Part shown: positions 1 to 14,679 of the stretch, in pieces | Numbering within the stretch: position 1 is the first letter of the stretch | Layout: each line of letters begins with the position of its first letter | From: the human T2T-CHM13v2.0 reference genome, Homo sapiens | Length of the DNA: 64,000 nt | Direction: 5' to 3' (one strand) | NCBI RefSeq assembly: GCF_009914755.1 | Contig: NC_060929.1 | Notes under the pieces: model-generated | Database searches by the model: none | Told to the model about the DNA's origin: nothing | What the model saw: only the letters and a program-made list of their open reading frames with translations | Translations under genes and position numbers: made by a program

Positions 1-1035
<1,035 letters not shown>

Positions 1036-2369
1036 GAATTCTAAATTTTTTAAATTAACAATTTAAATTTTCTTGGTGCTTTCCTAATAAGAAAGGAGAC
1101 CAAAAACGATTTGCCTATTATTTAGTACTTTATGCTTCCTCAAGTCTTGGTCAAAATTTTTGTTCACAATACTACTGGTGTTCTAGAAATGCATATAATA
1201 AACTATGCACTTATCTATCATTTAGCTGCAGCCTTCATTTTTGAGCAAGTATGGTCATATTTCAGCCTTCTCTATAGAAATAATCTTATTTTTCTCTTTC
1301 TATGATGAAATAATGTAGTAAAATTCAAACATTTTTTACTCACGCATCTCTTTCATCAGATGAAACTTTATGTGTATTCCTAATACACAAATGATATGAA
1401 AGCAAGGATGTTCTGTTTCAAGTGCAGGAGGGGAAAGATGAAAGAATGCCCCTCTGTTGTCTGCTCTGCATCTGTCCCTCAAACTCCAAACTGGCCCTCG
1501 AGCAGCCTCGGAGGATTTTTTGGTAACTTTTAAAAAACCCAAACCTTACCCCAGACCTATGTAATCTAAATTTCTAGAAATGAAGTCCACGAATGAATAT
1601 ATTAACTTACTATTTAGGTAACTCTGATGTTTGGGCATCTTTAGCACAGCATGAAGAATTTTAATTTGTCTCAATGTAATTTATTAAATTGAAAGTATTA
1701 CATGTGTGATAATATAGACAATCACATTCTGAAGCAAAAATGTTATTACACTTTCATAAAATCTTACAGCAAAGATATTCTCTGCATTTCCCCTAAGTAC
1801 TATGTTTATTTCAGATATCATTTTCTAAGAGAAATCTAAAACATAAAAATTACTAAATGGAATGGCATGCAAAACTTAGGGAAGAAAGAGTTGGTATTTT
1901 GCAATTTTTTTTCATTTACAACACACCAACTCTTTTTCTATGCTAGAAATGAAAGATAAATAGTTGCTTTAAAATAAGCTAAGCAAATTCATATCTTAAT
2001 AATTATAAATTTATAAAAGATACATGAAAATAATAACCTTTTATAACACATAAATTGGAACTATAGAAAATTTTACCTGAAAAACTTAAAAACATATTTA
2101 AAGGAAAGTTAAGCACAATTTAACATATTACAATCATAGGTTCTGTCAAGTTATTATTCCTTCACATGTATAATTCATTGTGCATATATATGATGATTCA
2201 TAGGAGGTCTAGACACTTCAAGCTGATAAATCTCATATATTTAAGCTTTTTTAACTGATTATTTGCAGTATATTTTATAGCAAAGAAACAATATTTTTTT
2301 CTGGTTTACCAGTAATTCTATTGATTTTACAACCATTATTAAATATACATTGTCAAATGTCTACATTAT

Positions 2370-2660
2370 AATTGTTAAATGTGAAATATAGGGAAACTAT
2401 TACCTAGATGAGTGAATATGAAACTATATATACCGCTATAGCAAAGCTACAAGGAAAAACTCTTTCAATGAAAGCAGCTAACCTAGAAGAAGTGAAACCA
2501 AGACCTCCAGGGAGAGAACCCGGTGAAATAAAAACCCTGCAGCAAGGGAGCCTTCAGTTAGTCCTGTCCCTGAACATATAAATTATGTGAAAAAATATAT
2601 TCCACGTTGTTGAAACTAAACTATTTTGCACAGTTGTTTGTTACTTGCAATTAAGAGTCC
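2370..2660 (+). mobile_element. Degenerate MLT1-type (MaLR) LTR 3' part
   Basis: The ending ...aaactaaactattttgcacagttgtttgttacttgcaat resembles MLT1 3' ends. Confidence 0.4.
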
Positions 2661-2689
2661 TGACAATTTGCCCATTTCATCAAATGAGC

Positions 2690-3520
2690 ATAAATAATTT
2701 TTATATAATACTCATCTACTAACATAAAATATTTATCAGGAAAATTATCATAGAAATATGAGATTAGTGTATTCTCACAATGTTAAGAGTTTGCATCTTG
2801 TTTTAAATTATGCTCATTTCTGTATTTCCATGTGTTTTTTTTTATTTATTGATTTGTCATGGGTTTTCAATTTTTGAATGTTGAAAGAAAATAGGTTTGT
2901 CAGTTATACCCATCTTATCTTCTATTTCTCCTTTTTTAACATTTATAATGTTTAAACTTTTAGTATTTTTTCTATTTTCTTAGGCATATTTGTAGTTATT
3001 TTTCTAACTTTTTTCATGCTTATTTTAAGTTTATTTTCATAAATAATGATAATATACATGATAAAATAAAATTAAATATATTTATTTTAATCCAAATATT
3101 GTCTTGTCACATTTCATAAAATTTTAAGTTACAGCAATTAGGTAAAATTAAATTCTAAATAAGTTATAATATTCTTTTTTTATAATTTTCCTTATCCATA
3201 GGCAAGTTTTTTGAGCTTCAGATGGTTGTGGGGTTTACCCCTCATTTCTGTGAGCTGATGATAGGAAACATTCTATAAAAGTCCTTATAGCTGAAATTGT
3301 TTGAGGTGTTCTTAATGGTCCAGAGTGGCTTTGATATTTCTAAATATCCTTTAATATTCTAAGATGATTTCTTGTCTTTGCTATAGGCTTGTAGATTATT
3401 CTTTTTATGGATTATTTATTAATAAAGACCTGCTTACTAAACTAATCTTCTACATCATATGTCTTTTTGTGTGGTCTATCAACAAGTGAAAAACAAAATG
3501 TATTCTAAAGTCTGTGGCTG
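2690..3520 (-). mobile_element. Highly decayed L1M ORF2 relic
   Basis: T-rich antisense-L1 composition with L1-like phrases. No intact ORF. Confidence 0.4.
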
Positions 3521-4096
3521 TGAGTGTAGCTTTGAATTTTTTCCTAAGAGAATTTTTCAGCAGGTACTTCAATGCAGTATTAATCATTGCTGCTTCTAGG
3601 ATTTCATTTCATGAGACATGGTACCACATAAGAAGGAGAGGCAATAAATATGAAACCACAAATATATACTTACTTTGATAGATTCTATGACCAATTTATA
3701 GGAGATATAAAATATTTGTGTATCCTAAGATACCAAAAACCATCACCTTATAATCTCATCCTTTTTTTGTTTTTTAGTGAAAATCTCTCCAAAACACTTC
3801 CAGAACCTATACCCAAAATGCCAGACCATAGGCTACTCTAGTTTGATACTTTTCTGTTTATAGTACCATTCGTTTGAAGAAGAATAACATGACTAATCAA
3901 CCAGGAGAGCTCTTGACCAGTTAAGTTTCTTCCTAGTTTGAAGTTCTAGCTTTGGTGTTTCAGCTGAGATCTTGGCTCATTATTTTGTAGTGCTAGCACT
4001 CAAAATTCCTCTCTTTATCTTATTTGTTTTTGTACAATACTTTGCTTACTTTGTACAGTTCCCCTGAATTCAATGATTTAACATGCTTTATTCCTT

Positions 4097-4740
4097 GTAT
4101 ATCAGTTTTCTACTGTTGTGTAACAAATTATCACAAACTTAATGATTTTTTTTTTTTCCAAACCACCCATTTATTAGCTCACAGACTCGTAAGTGAGAAT
4201 TCTAGGCATGATGTGTCTGGGCGCTCTACTCAGGGTCTTATAAGGCTGAAATCAGGGTGTTAACTGAGCTGTACTTCTTTCTGGAAGCTGCAAAAAAATC
4301 CACTTTCACACTCACTTAAGTTGACTGCACTCAGTTCCTTGCAGTTTTAGGACTGAGGTAGCTGGTTCCTTACTGGCCGTCAGCCAGGAGCTGCTAATAA
4401 CCCTAGTTGCTTCCTGCATGCTTTACCATGTGGTCAGCAATAGAGAATCTCACTGGTTCCAAACTCCTCTGGAGACTTGAATCTCTCTCCCCAGAAGGAG
4501 ATCAGTTCTTTTAAGGACATATCTAATCGGGTCAGAGTCACTCAAAATAATCTCCCTATCTTAAAATCAACTGATTTGGAACCATAAGAATGTCTTTACT
4601 TTTGCCATATAATCTAGCATAATCATGGACGTGATTCCTCATAGTATTCACAGATTCTGGCCACACTCAAGAAGAGATTACATGAGGTTAGTGGTAATGG
4701 CTGGTGGGGGAATGTCATCTTAGAATTTAGTCTTCTACAC
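4097..4740 (-). mobile_element. MLT1E-type MaLR solo LTR
   Basis: Starts tgtatatcagttttctactgttgtgtaacaaattatcacaaactt and contains aaggctgaaatcagggtgtt and cagttccttgcagttttaggactgagg, all typical of antisense MLT1. Confidence 0.75.
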
Positions 4741-4992
4741 TATGTAATAAAAAGAATTATCATTTATCTTGATTAATTCTACCCCAAAATAATTACCTCT
4801 TTTATCAATATATAACTATGCTTCATTTCCCACTTATGACTGAAAATCTGCTTACACTACCCATCCATGTTTTGGTTTTTGTTTACATATATCTGGCACA
4901 CAATTACTGATTCTATTCTATTTCATCTCTTTTGTCATTTTGTTTTAAGTTTATTTCTCCTAAATAGAATATATATTGGTTTTGCGTTGACC

Positions 4993-5346
4993 TGTCTTAA
5001 TCCCTTCAGGCTACTATTACAAATACTGTAGAACCACTGGATTATCCACAACAGAAAATTTTTATTTCTCACAGTTCTGGAAGCTGAAAGTCCAAGATCA
5101 GTTTGCCGACATAGTCAGGATCTGGTGAGGGTCTTCTTTTGTATTGTAGACTTCCAATTTCTTGTTGTAGAAGTTCTCTCATGGTGGAGAAAGGAAACAA
5201 ATTCTCTCCTGACTCTTACAAAGACACTGATCTCATTCAAGAGTGCTCCTCTTTCATGGGCTGATCTTAGATTCCAATTACATCCCAAAGAACCCAAACC
5301 ATGAACATATTAATTTTGGGAGAACATAAGCATTCGGTCCATAACA
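4993..5346 (-). mobile_element. MLT1A-type MaLR solo LTR
   Basis: Contains tttctcacagttctggaagctgaaagtccaagatca. Ends ggtccataaca, whose reverse complement tgttatggacc is the MLT1A start. Length is ~355 bp. Confidence 0.85.
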
Positions 5347-6066
5347 CGATTTATCCTAAAATCTTTGTAATTTATTTGATACTTCCCTGAAGGTTCTCGT
5401 TTTTTAAATTTTCTTTGTTTTATTCTCTATTGATTTCTATTTTCTTAATATGTTGAGTTACTAATAAATATGATTGAATCTGTATTTTATTTCAACAAAA
5501 AACAAATAGAAGTTCTTTAATGATTACTCCTATAATGTAGGCCAGTTTTATCACACTCCCCACCTACCTTGCTCCCCAACACATACACACCCATGTTCCA
5601 TAATTCTCTCCCAGTATTTCGGAAATTATTTTAAATTATAGTTCATGGTATTTTTCTTTTTCATTCTTGAGTTATTTACATCAATTTTTCTTTTAAATTC
5701 ACTGTAATTTTGAAGTTCTGTGTTACATTTTTTGAGATTTTGTCTATTGGAAACAATCACATTATTGCCTTCATCCAGCATACATTTTAATTTTTTCTAT
5801 TAAATTTTGGATACACTGAAAATCTTTTATATCTTCTCCTTGCCTTTAGGTTCCTCTTTTACTTCTTTTCTCCTTAGAAGTACATTCTTCTTATATTTTG
5901 TTAAGAATATATTTTCTTACCTAATAAACTGGACCAGATATAATGAATTTGAAAATTGTGAATTTCCTCTAAATCATCTGTGATGTGTTTTTATAGGCTC
6001 TAAATTAGTTTATTTTCCCCATTTTACTCACTCTGTAAGCAGGCAAGATCTCCATACATGCTATAG

Positions 6067-6566
6067 CAGCTGTCCCCCACCTTTTTGACACCAGGGTCCG
6101 CTTTCATGGAAGACAATTTTTCCGTGGACCAGAGGTGGGGGATGGTTTTGGAATGATTTAAGCAAATTACATTTACTGAGCACTTTATTTCTATTATTAT
6201 TATTACACTGTGATATATAAGTAAATAATTATACAACTCACAATAATGTAGAATCAATGGGAGCCCCAAGCTGGTTATCCTGTAACTAGACAGGATAGGG
6301 GTGATGAGAGACAGTGACAGAGTATCAGGCATTAGATTCTCCTAAAGAATGAGCAACCTAGATCACTTGTGGGTTTGTGCTCTTATGAGAATCTAATGCC
6401 ACCGTAGATTTGATAGGAGGTGGAGCTTAGGCGGTAATGCAAGTGATGGGGAGGCTGTAAATACAGATGAAGCTTTGTTCACTCACCCGCCACTCACCTC
6501 CTACTGTGCAGCCCGGTTCCTACGGGCCATAGACCAGAGCCACGGCCCAGGAGTTGTGTATCCCTG
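6067..6566 (-). mobile_element. MER1A non-autonomous hAT-Charlie DNA transposon
   Basis: Termini are cagctgtcccc...tatccctg. Imperfect 8-bp TSD tgctatag (6059-6066) / ctctatag (6567-6574). Internal MER1 motifs catggaagacaatttttcc and gctgtaaatacagatgaagct. Confidence 0.9.
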
Positions 6567-7782
6567 CTCTATAGGAATACAGGCATTGTGGAAATGCCTT
6601 AGCTTTCCTCACTCACCATTCAAGTGAGACCATATTCTCTGCTCAACTTTGAAACTGAAGGGGAGGCTGATTTTCACAGTCCCAGGCATGGTCCCATTCC
6701 TAGCATGGATTCAATAGGTGTAGCTCAGCTGTCCTTACAGGGTGCTAGTCCTACAACTACCTCCCCAGTATAGCGTCTCTGACTCAGTAAAGCAGAGCAA
6801 TAAAGCAAAATTATACTCCCCGGCATGCATTGCTACCAAGTGGCTCTTCCTTCACCTTTCTATCCTTCTGCTTTCCAGGAGTTCAAACTTCTCAGGAGAC
6901 ATACAAAGCCATTGATTGAAAGAGATCAATTTCCCAGTCACTCCAAAAAGCAGCATTTGCAGCTAACTTTTTATGGAAAGGAACTAGGTCTTTAAAATAA
7001 TGGGAAAACACTGGAGCAGGGAATAAAATAGGAAGGGTGTGCATAGGCAAAGCCCAGGGGTCATAAAGGTGAGATCTAGTTTGGGTTTATTTGTTTATTG
7101 GTATGTTTGCTTGTTTTTTTGATATAAAATAATGCTATTGATTTAATAATTAGAGCTAACTCCTTATTTAGGAGGACTTAAATTCTTAATTCTTAGCCAA
7201 AGAATTTATGTTCAAGTTGTTTGTTTTTATTTCGCTTTCTTTCATGTATGGATTTTATTGATAATTTAAAATAAGGTAAGACTTACTCAGTATTTTAAGC
7301 CAGAATAAACTAGATCAGACTTTAAAAATCAAAATGTTTAATTCCATAATATGATGAGTGTTTTTACAGGACTCTCACAGTGACTCAATGAATGTTCATG
7401 GGAAATTGAAAAAGATTTTACCTTTGCACTGAAGAGTGGCCCATTATGCACATTATCATAATAAATCAACATGACATTAAAACATTCTTTCAAGTCAATA
7501 TATCAATAAATATTGTCTGAGTGTCTACCATGGTAGAAAGACTGGAGGCAAAAAGCATATCAGAACTTTAAAGAATTTATGTCTTTGCAAAGACAAAACT
7601 ACCATATGCTGGGACATGGACTCTACACAAAAATTACTCACTTGGGCAGGGCAGACCATAAGCACTGAAGAAGCTGAGAAGAGGACAAAATCAATATTAA
7701 GAGCTCTTAATGAATAAGGTAGCCAGGAAATGGAAAACAAATTCAAGGGTGAGAAGTTTAGCTCCACCCTAGTCCGGGACTA

Positions 7783-7785
<3 letters not shown>

Positions 7786-7832
<47 letters not shown>
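7786..7832. repeat. (CA)n microsatellite
   Basis: About 23 uninterrupted AC units. Confidence 0.98.
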
Positions 7833-7834
<2 letters not shown>

Positions 7835-7843
7835 TTACACATT

Positions 7844-8292
7844 TATTGACCTAAAGAAAGAAACTGAGGCACAAAATGTTATTTTAAAGACTTTACTTGA
7901 GCCAAAATGAGAACATCTGCCTGGAAGACTCAGACTTGAGTAACATTGTGTCAAACTCCTGTTTGGCCATTGTTACAAGCAGACTTTTTAAGGCAGAAAA
8001 AAAAAAAAGAAAAAAGACAAGGAGTGGGTTGATACAAAGCTGTTTGTCTAGAATTCTCATTTGTTTACAGAAATAATACTGGTTAGTAATTGACCATACT
8101 TGATATGGGTTATGGTGTCTGGTGTGCAGCATTTTTAGGTGAATTTATAGCTACTTCTGGTGCAAACAGCTTTAAAATATGATTACTTAGGGGAAAATGG
8201 GACATGATTGCTGTGCCATTTCTATACCTTTCTGAGCCTGATAATTTAGAAGAGGCTCACGTTTCTCAGATAAAAGTTTCTTTTCTTTCTCA
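7844..8292 (-). mobile_element. MER93-like ERV1 solo LTR
   Basis: The reverse complement begins tgagaaagaaaagaaacttttatctgag...aaattatcagg. The other end reads gacctaaagaaagaaactgaggcacaaaa...tttacttgagccaaa. Length is ~450 bp. Confidence 0.7.
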
Positions 8293-9440
8293 CTTTATAA
8301 CCCAAAGTGACAAAGTGACATGGAAAATTATCTAATTTTGATAACGAAGTGTAATGAACATAATTATTATTAAAGTTTAAATTAATTTTTGAGTCACAAA
8401 TTACCTAATTGTTATGAACACATTTGAGAATAGTTATCATAAAAATTAATTTAACACCCACATTCTTTTGCATCATTTGTTTCTGTTCAAAAGAAATGTC
8501 ATTGCCTTCAGCCCTTCTCCTAAAATGGCTTGAAGACTATGACATTTCAGCCCAGTCATCATTTAATTTAGGTAGACCTTCTGGTAGATGACTTCCCTAA
8601 CTGGTTATCTTCCTTAAAATGATCATTTTTTAAAAAATATTTTTCAGATGTCAAAAGTCGAAACGTGGAAAATATTAAAAAGCTTTAAAAAAGAAAATTA
8701 AATTATCTAAAATTCTCACATTTAAAGATAACTATTGTGTTGCATTTTGCATCTTAATCTTGCATTATTGTCTCTTCTGATTTTCCTATGCCACTTAAAA
8801 TTTAACTGAAGGTTTAGGAAGTAAAATTTCCTTTAATAGAAATTAAATTTCAACTTCTTAATGCAGGTTTCTTTCACTCAAATTAGTTGTCATTTGATCC
8901 ATCTTGCAAACATATTCATCTTACAAACAAAATAACTTCAGAAAAAAATTATGGAACACACGTTTAATAAGTTGACAAAAACACTAAAATTACTACAAAC
9001 ACTTTTTCTTAAAATAATTTAGTACTGAACTAACCACAATGCTATTAGATTATTTTGATGCCTATAAAGAAACAAATTATTATAGCACTTTTATTTATAT
9101 ACATAAAGCTCATCAAGAATTTTGTTTCTTATTAAATGCTACTACCCCCTTTGACACTCAGAGTTTCATCTCAATACGGCCTCTGAAGACTCTTTAGTTA
9201 ATGTGTATTTGAAGTATCATTCTACTTGCAATGAACTGTGCTGAAAAGTACCATCAAGCCTTTAGCATTGAAAGAAATCAATCTAGTGATGGTAAATGGT
9301 CTGTGGTCTCATAGGGATAGACTCATCTGTTAAAACATTAAAGCTATACAAATCAAATATCCTTTCCTTTTGTAGAGCGCTCTATGTAGAATTAATGCAT
9401 TTTAACCCACAAGACACTAGTATTTTCTATTCTTGTAAGA

Positions 9441-9482
9441 TGTACAGTACCCTAGAACTTAAAGTATAATAAAAAAAAAAAA
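9441..9482 (+). mobile_element. Ultra-short L1PA 3' terminal fragment with A tail
   Basis: gtaccctagaacttaaagtataata (9447-9471) is the exact reverse complement of the L1PA 3' end at 55700-55724, and it runs into an A tail (9471-9482). Confidence 0.85.
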
Positions 9483-9722
9483 CTCATATCTCCAAGGTGC
9501 TGTGAAATTTACCATTTCAGTTTCATTCAGCTTTTTTCACAGATTATTATAGCCAAATGCTGAGATACGGATCAATAACTGAAAAGTGATCTAATTTGTT
9601 TTGTTGTTTTGTTATTGTTGCACACCCACAATTAACTAGATGCATGCCAATAATTTTCAGAAATTAATAATAGATGGACAGACTCCTAAAGACAGCGTTG
9701 GAAGTTGCCTGCAATTATTTTA

Positions 9723-9906
9723 CAATAGCTGCATCAAGTCTAAAGCTTCTCTATTCTATCTACAATAGCCACACAAATATAAAAATATTATGTGTCTGAA
9801 ACTGAAAGGATCAAAATAGCTGGATCAAGTTTAAATCTTTCCTATCCCATCAACAATAAAATATAGCATATAAATATATAAATATTATGTGTTTGAAACT
9901 GGAAAG
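9723..9906. repeat. Degenerate two-copy tandem duplication (~90-95 bp unit)
   Basis: aatagctgcatcaagtctaaa...aaatattatgtgtctgaaactg (9724-9804) matches aatagctggatcaagtttaaa...aaatattatgtgtttgaaactg (9815-9901). Confidence 0.85.
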
Positions 9907-10761
9907 ACACAAAAGTGATTTTGTTAAAACAATTTTTTGCATTCAGAATTGTAGTCACAAGAGCATTATAACTTTCCCACTTTACAACAGGTTATAAAAT
10001 AATGTCTTTTTTTTTGTTTTACCTATTTCTCATAGACAAAACTACCAATTTTTCATGGAAATTGTAATATAAACTTACCAAAATAAATATATAAATTTAG
10101 AAAATGTTCTAGATGGTTTTTAATCTTAACATGGAGAAATAAAAAGTTAGAACAATTTTACATTTTCAAAACTATATTTAATCACTAAACTTACAATTGC
10201 AATGCAGTAATAATAACTTAGGAGCACTATACCATAAAGGCAACAGAAGTCCTGCAACGCTGAAAAGCTTTTCCATATGCCCAGAAAACTGGTAAAACCC
10301 TAAACAAGTGGTAATAAGCTTAAATTGTACTGAGATTTAGGTTGGCTCAAAGAGAGAATTTTTTACCAAGCTACTAAGAATTATTTTGCTGAGAAGAGTT
10401 ATATAATATCTGCCCCCAGATAAAAAAGATATATTTATTTAGCTTGTTCCATCACACATCACTTTAAAAAAGAAAGATCAACTAGATATTCTTCTGAATC
10501 TATCAATTTATGGCATACATTGATTTTAACAATCCCTGAAAGTTAAGTAAAATTTGGGTTAGCATAGTTGACAAATTTTCTACGTAACAATACAGGATTG
10601 CAGTTAGTCCAAGAGGAGAGCTGGAATTTTTTAGCATTTATAAGCTATTCAGCAAACCAAAGTAATTCAGTAAAAACATTGCACAAACATGAGAGTCTAC
10701 ACATATTTTCCTTTCTCTTCTAAGCATTTTGATAAGTTTTAAGACAGCTTTCCATGCATTT

Positions 10762-10765
10762 CACA

Positions 10766-10800
<35 letters not shown>
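10762..10800. repeat. (CA)n microsatellite
   Basis: CA run with one interruption. Confidence 0.97.
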
Positions 10801-10802
<2 letters not shown>

Positions 10803-12214
10803 CCTTTTGCAATATGTTAGCTATTCTCTTAGGATTTTTTCTTGTTTTGTTTTGCTTTTTAAATAGTGATTGTCTTCTTTTGGGAAACACAAGTAATGAA
10901 GTAGACCTCTAAAGCTCAACAAAGGGATGAAAAACTTAATTCAGACACCATAAATTTTGGAACTATGCTTTTGTCCGTACATTTGTTGCTTGAAAGCTAG
11001 AAATACAAATTTGCCGCACATCTCTAATGGCAGCATCTTTGAATTATCACTCTTACACTTGTTTTTATTTTGCCATATTATAATTCAAGGCTATGTTTGT
11101 CACTGACAACTAATATGATATGATCCTGGCTAATGTTGATATAAAATGAGTTTAATTTGAATGAATGCAGAATAGCTGAATTCCTTGGGTATCTAATCTA
11201 TGAATTTAAGACATTCAGCCATTCAATTAAAGAATACTTTGGTGATTAAAATATTAGTTACATTATTCTAATGTATGGCTACACCTACTCCTTCCTAATT
11301 TTGATAGTAAATGTAGATAGGTAGACAGATACCTGATAGATAGATTAGACAACTGAAGTGAAGAAAAACAGAATAAATTCAACCAGAAGGCAGTAATAAA
11401 TTATCTGCCCATCAATAATTAGAAAGCATGAGAGTATTCACACAAAATAATAAATGTTACATATGTATATTACATAAACCATAAAATATTTCAGTGCGAG
11501 GGAGTGACTGTCTAGAAATACAATATTATGAAGCTATGATTATTTTATATTAGATTCCTTTTGCATTTTAATATAAATCAAAAACACTTATTGTGTAGGC
11601 ATTTTTTTAAGTTTGGGTAATAAAAGTAGTGATTCAAAACATTAAACAGCATTTCTAGCTGTGCCTTGTGGCTCATGCAGAACATTAAATGCCAGCATGC
11701 CAACCAATCGCAACTCTGAGCAGCTCTTAAGACTGTATATAATGAATAACAGATTGTAGCTTGTGGGTTTATGCATGGTCTAGAATCTTTTAGAAACCTT
11801 TTAAAAAACATGGAAATTGCCTTTAGAGTCTCCCTGTTTGACAATTACAATCATCTTGACATGGCGATGCCACAGTATCACATAGTATGTGTTTGTCCAG
11901 ACTAAGACAACTGCTCAACAAGATCACAAAGCAATGAAAATGGAAACTTTTCTTTCTTTCCTTTTATTCATTAATCATTAAAGTATCAGCACTCAAAAGG
12001 AAATCTATCTCTCCCCCAGAGTAAGTTGCTTATTTTTCCAATTGTTTTGATTTTGGATTAAAGAACTGTTAATGCCCAGAAGCACAAGAACAACAACAAA
12101 AAATGTTTACAGTCTTCACAGTCTCTCTGTCAATATTATAGTAACTTACATTAAAATAAGTAAGAGTAATATTTACTTGGAAATAATAAGTGCTTGAGAA
12201 AAAAATCAAAGAAA

Positions 12215-13130
12215 TGGTTAATTCACTAATTAGGCAAATATTTGTTGAACACCTGTAATTACCAAAAAGATTGTTGGTGTTGAAAATACAACAATAAACA
12301 CATCAAAGTCTCTGTTCCATGGTGCAGATAGCTTAGTGCTGGAAATCAAAATAAGCAAGTTAACACAAAACAACTTTTATGATCTGAAATATAGTACACA
12401 AATAAATAAACAGCAAATAGAGAAGATTGGAGAGTGAAGGCTATTTTATCGAGTGCTAATAAAAAGGCCCTTCAGAGAGAGAGAACCCTGAATACAGGTT
12501 CCCTGATGAAAGACTGAGATGGCAAGTTTAGCTCTCTTAGTCTGGCCTTCCTGAGAAGTGCATAATTCAGCTAAGATCCCAGTGATGTGAAGGAGGCAAA
12601 CACATGGACATTCGGGGGAAGAATAGTACTTCAGAGGGAAATAGTTTAAAGCCTTTGAGACAAGGGACAGCAAGAAAGACTGAGGTGACTGGTGTACAGT
12701 GGCTGCTGGAGAGAAGGCTAGGGACAAATTCAAAGAGGTAGACCATGGCCATCTTGTAAGGTCACTATAATAGTGAAGAATAGAAGCATGCAATTGGACT
12801 GTAAAAAGCTGGGGAGGGTTATGATTTGACTTGCTCTGGGAAAAACACGTCACGGCTACGTTGAGAACATACTGTAGTGGTCAAGCGTGGAAACAGAAAA
12901 ATGGTAGGAGGCTCTTGTAGTGATCAAAGCAGGTAATTTTGTCTTAGTTTATTGTGCTAGCACTGGAGATGCTATATCTGGATATGTTTTCGAAGTAGAG
13001 CCAACAGCTCTTTTTTGATGGACTGGATGTGGATTCTGAAGTATACAGCAGAATGAAGCCCTGATTTCTAGGATTTATGCTGACCAACTGAGTAAACTGG
13101 GGAGGTAATAATTTAGGAGGATTAGGAAAC
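12215..13130 (-). mobile_element. L2 LINE 3' part
   Basis: Antisense L2 tail (caaatatttgttgaacacct) followed by purine-rich L2 body motifs, e.g. ctggatatgttttcgaagtagagccaacag and gatggactggatgtgg. Confidence 0.8.
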
Positions 13131-14679
13131 GTTGAATCAATATGCTATATCTTTTAGTTTTTGTTTTTGTTTTTCGTGTGTTGTGCAATAGCCTATTGTG
13201 TAACCTTTTGTGTAGCAGCATATTTTTATTTCATAAAAAATGTTCTCTCATTATTCTGAGGTATTAATTTTATTGTATGTAAAGTTTTTTATTTTCTCTT
13301 TGCAATATCAACTCGAATCCCTTTGGTCTTGGTTTTATAATGTGCTGTGTTTAGAATTGTCTTAATACAAATGCTTAGTGATTCTTGGTAGTAGGATCTT
13401 CTATGGGATATGGAGATTCTCAAGTGACCTGTCTATGAATTATACCAGCAGTGATTATGAATGAGGTCCACTGTGGATAACGTGGACCAATAGCTGGTCT
13501 TCTAAAAATTAAGGCTTTTGAAATTTGCAAGCAACCTGGCCACTACTGTGAATTGCATTAACTGTTGTCCATACTTAACACTTTAGCCTGGGTGCAGTTG
13601 CCTCTGCTGCTTATAACTTGACCTAATCATCTCAGGTTTTACCTTTGTTTTCCAACAATGTTAGTTACTTTCTCTAAGTCTGGCATAACTCACAATGTGA
13701 AGGAGAAGCAATGTCTAACTCTCAGCTTTCTATTTGTGGTAACCTCGGCTCAAACATGGACTTTCAATTTAATTTTTTGTAAGCATGTTGCTTTTTAGAT
13801 GCAAAAAAAAAAAAAAAAACAACAAAGGTTTAATGCTATGTGATCTCAATCTACCATCTATCCTCCATCTCTCCTCTAGACAGACCACATCCAAAGGTCT
13901 TCTTCCTAAATTATAAATTGCAAGTCGAGTGATAACTGAGATACTGAGATTTCTCAATTGACAAAAACCTGTGCTAACATCCTTGTCATCCTTCACTCTA
14001 GTCTTGTAGTTGAAGATAAGGAAGTTCAGGGCATATAAGTGTAGACAATTTTGCTTCATCTCCAGCACTCACTCAGATTTTTCCCTATTTGATTATCTGG
14101 GGGTTCTGAGAGAAGGAGGGGAAGAGGAAGCAGTAACACTTGGACCCCCTGAATCTGTATAGGGAGGGTACCCATAATTTTTAAATCTCATGCTTGGATA
14201 TTTTTCTCTTTTCACATTTTAAACATGTAATCTCAATACATTCTTTTTTTTCTTTCTTGGGATAATTTTTAAATGCATAGTATTCGTTTCCATTCATTGA
14301 ATGGAAAACATTCAACCTGAAGTCTCATCACTAAATTATTTCTGTATTATTCACAATTTTTAACATAAAGTTTTCATCTTATCAAACTTAGTGTATTTAT
14401 AACTATAAAACATGATAATTACAAAATGCTTAGAGAATATGTATGTATGTGTGTGTATGTGTGTATATATGTACATATATTTTACAATATCAATTCCATA
14501 GAAAATTAAAAGCACTGGAACTTCCAATAAACCAGCCACTTTCTTCTTTCCTTCTTTCTTTTTCCCTACATATTTAATAGAAATGTAAATTTGTCTCAAA
14601 ATTAAATTAAAATATTAATAAATAAAAACCAAAATTTTCTGGACTCTCATATTGGTAGTTTATTTTATGTCTGTTACAT

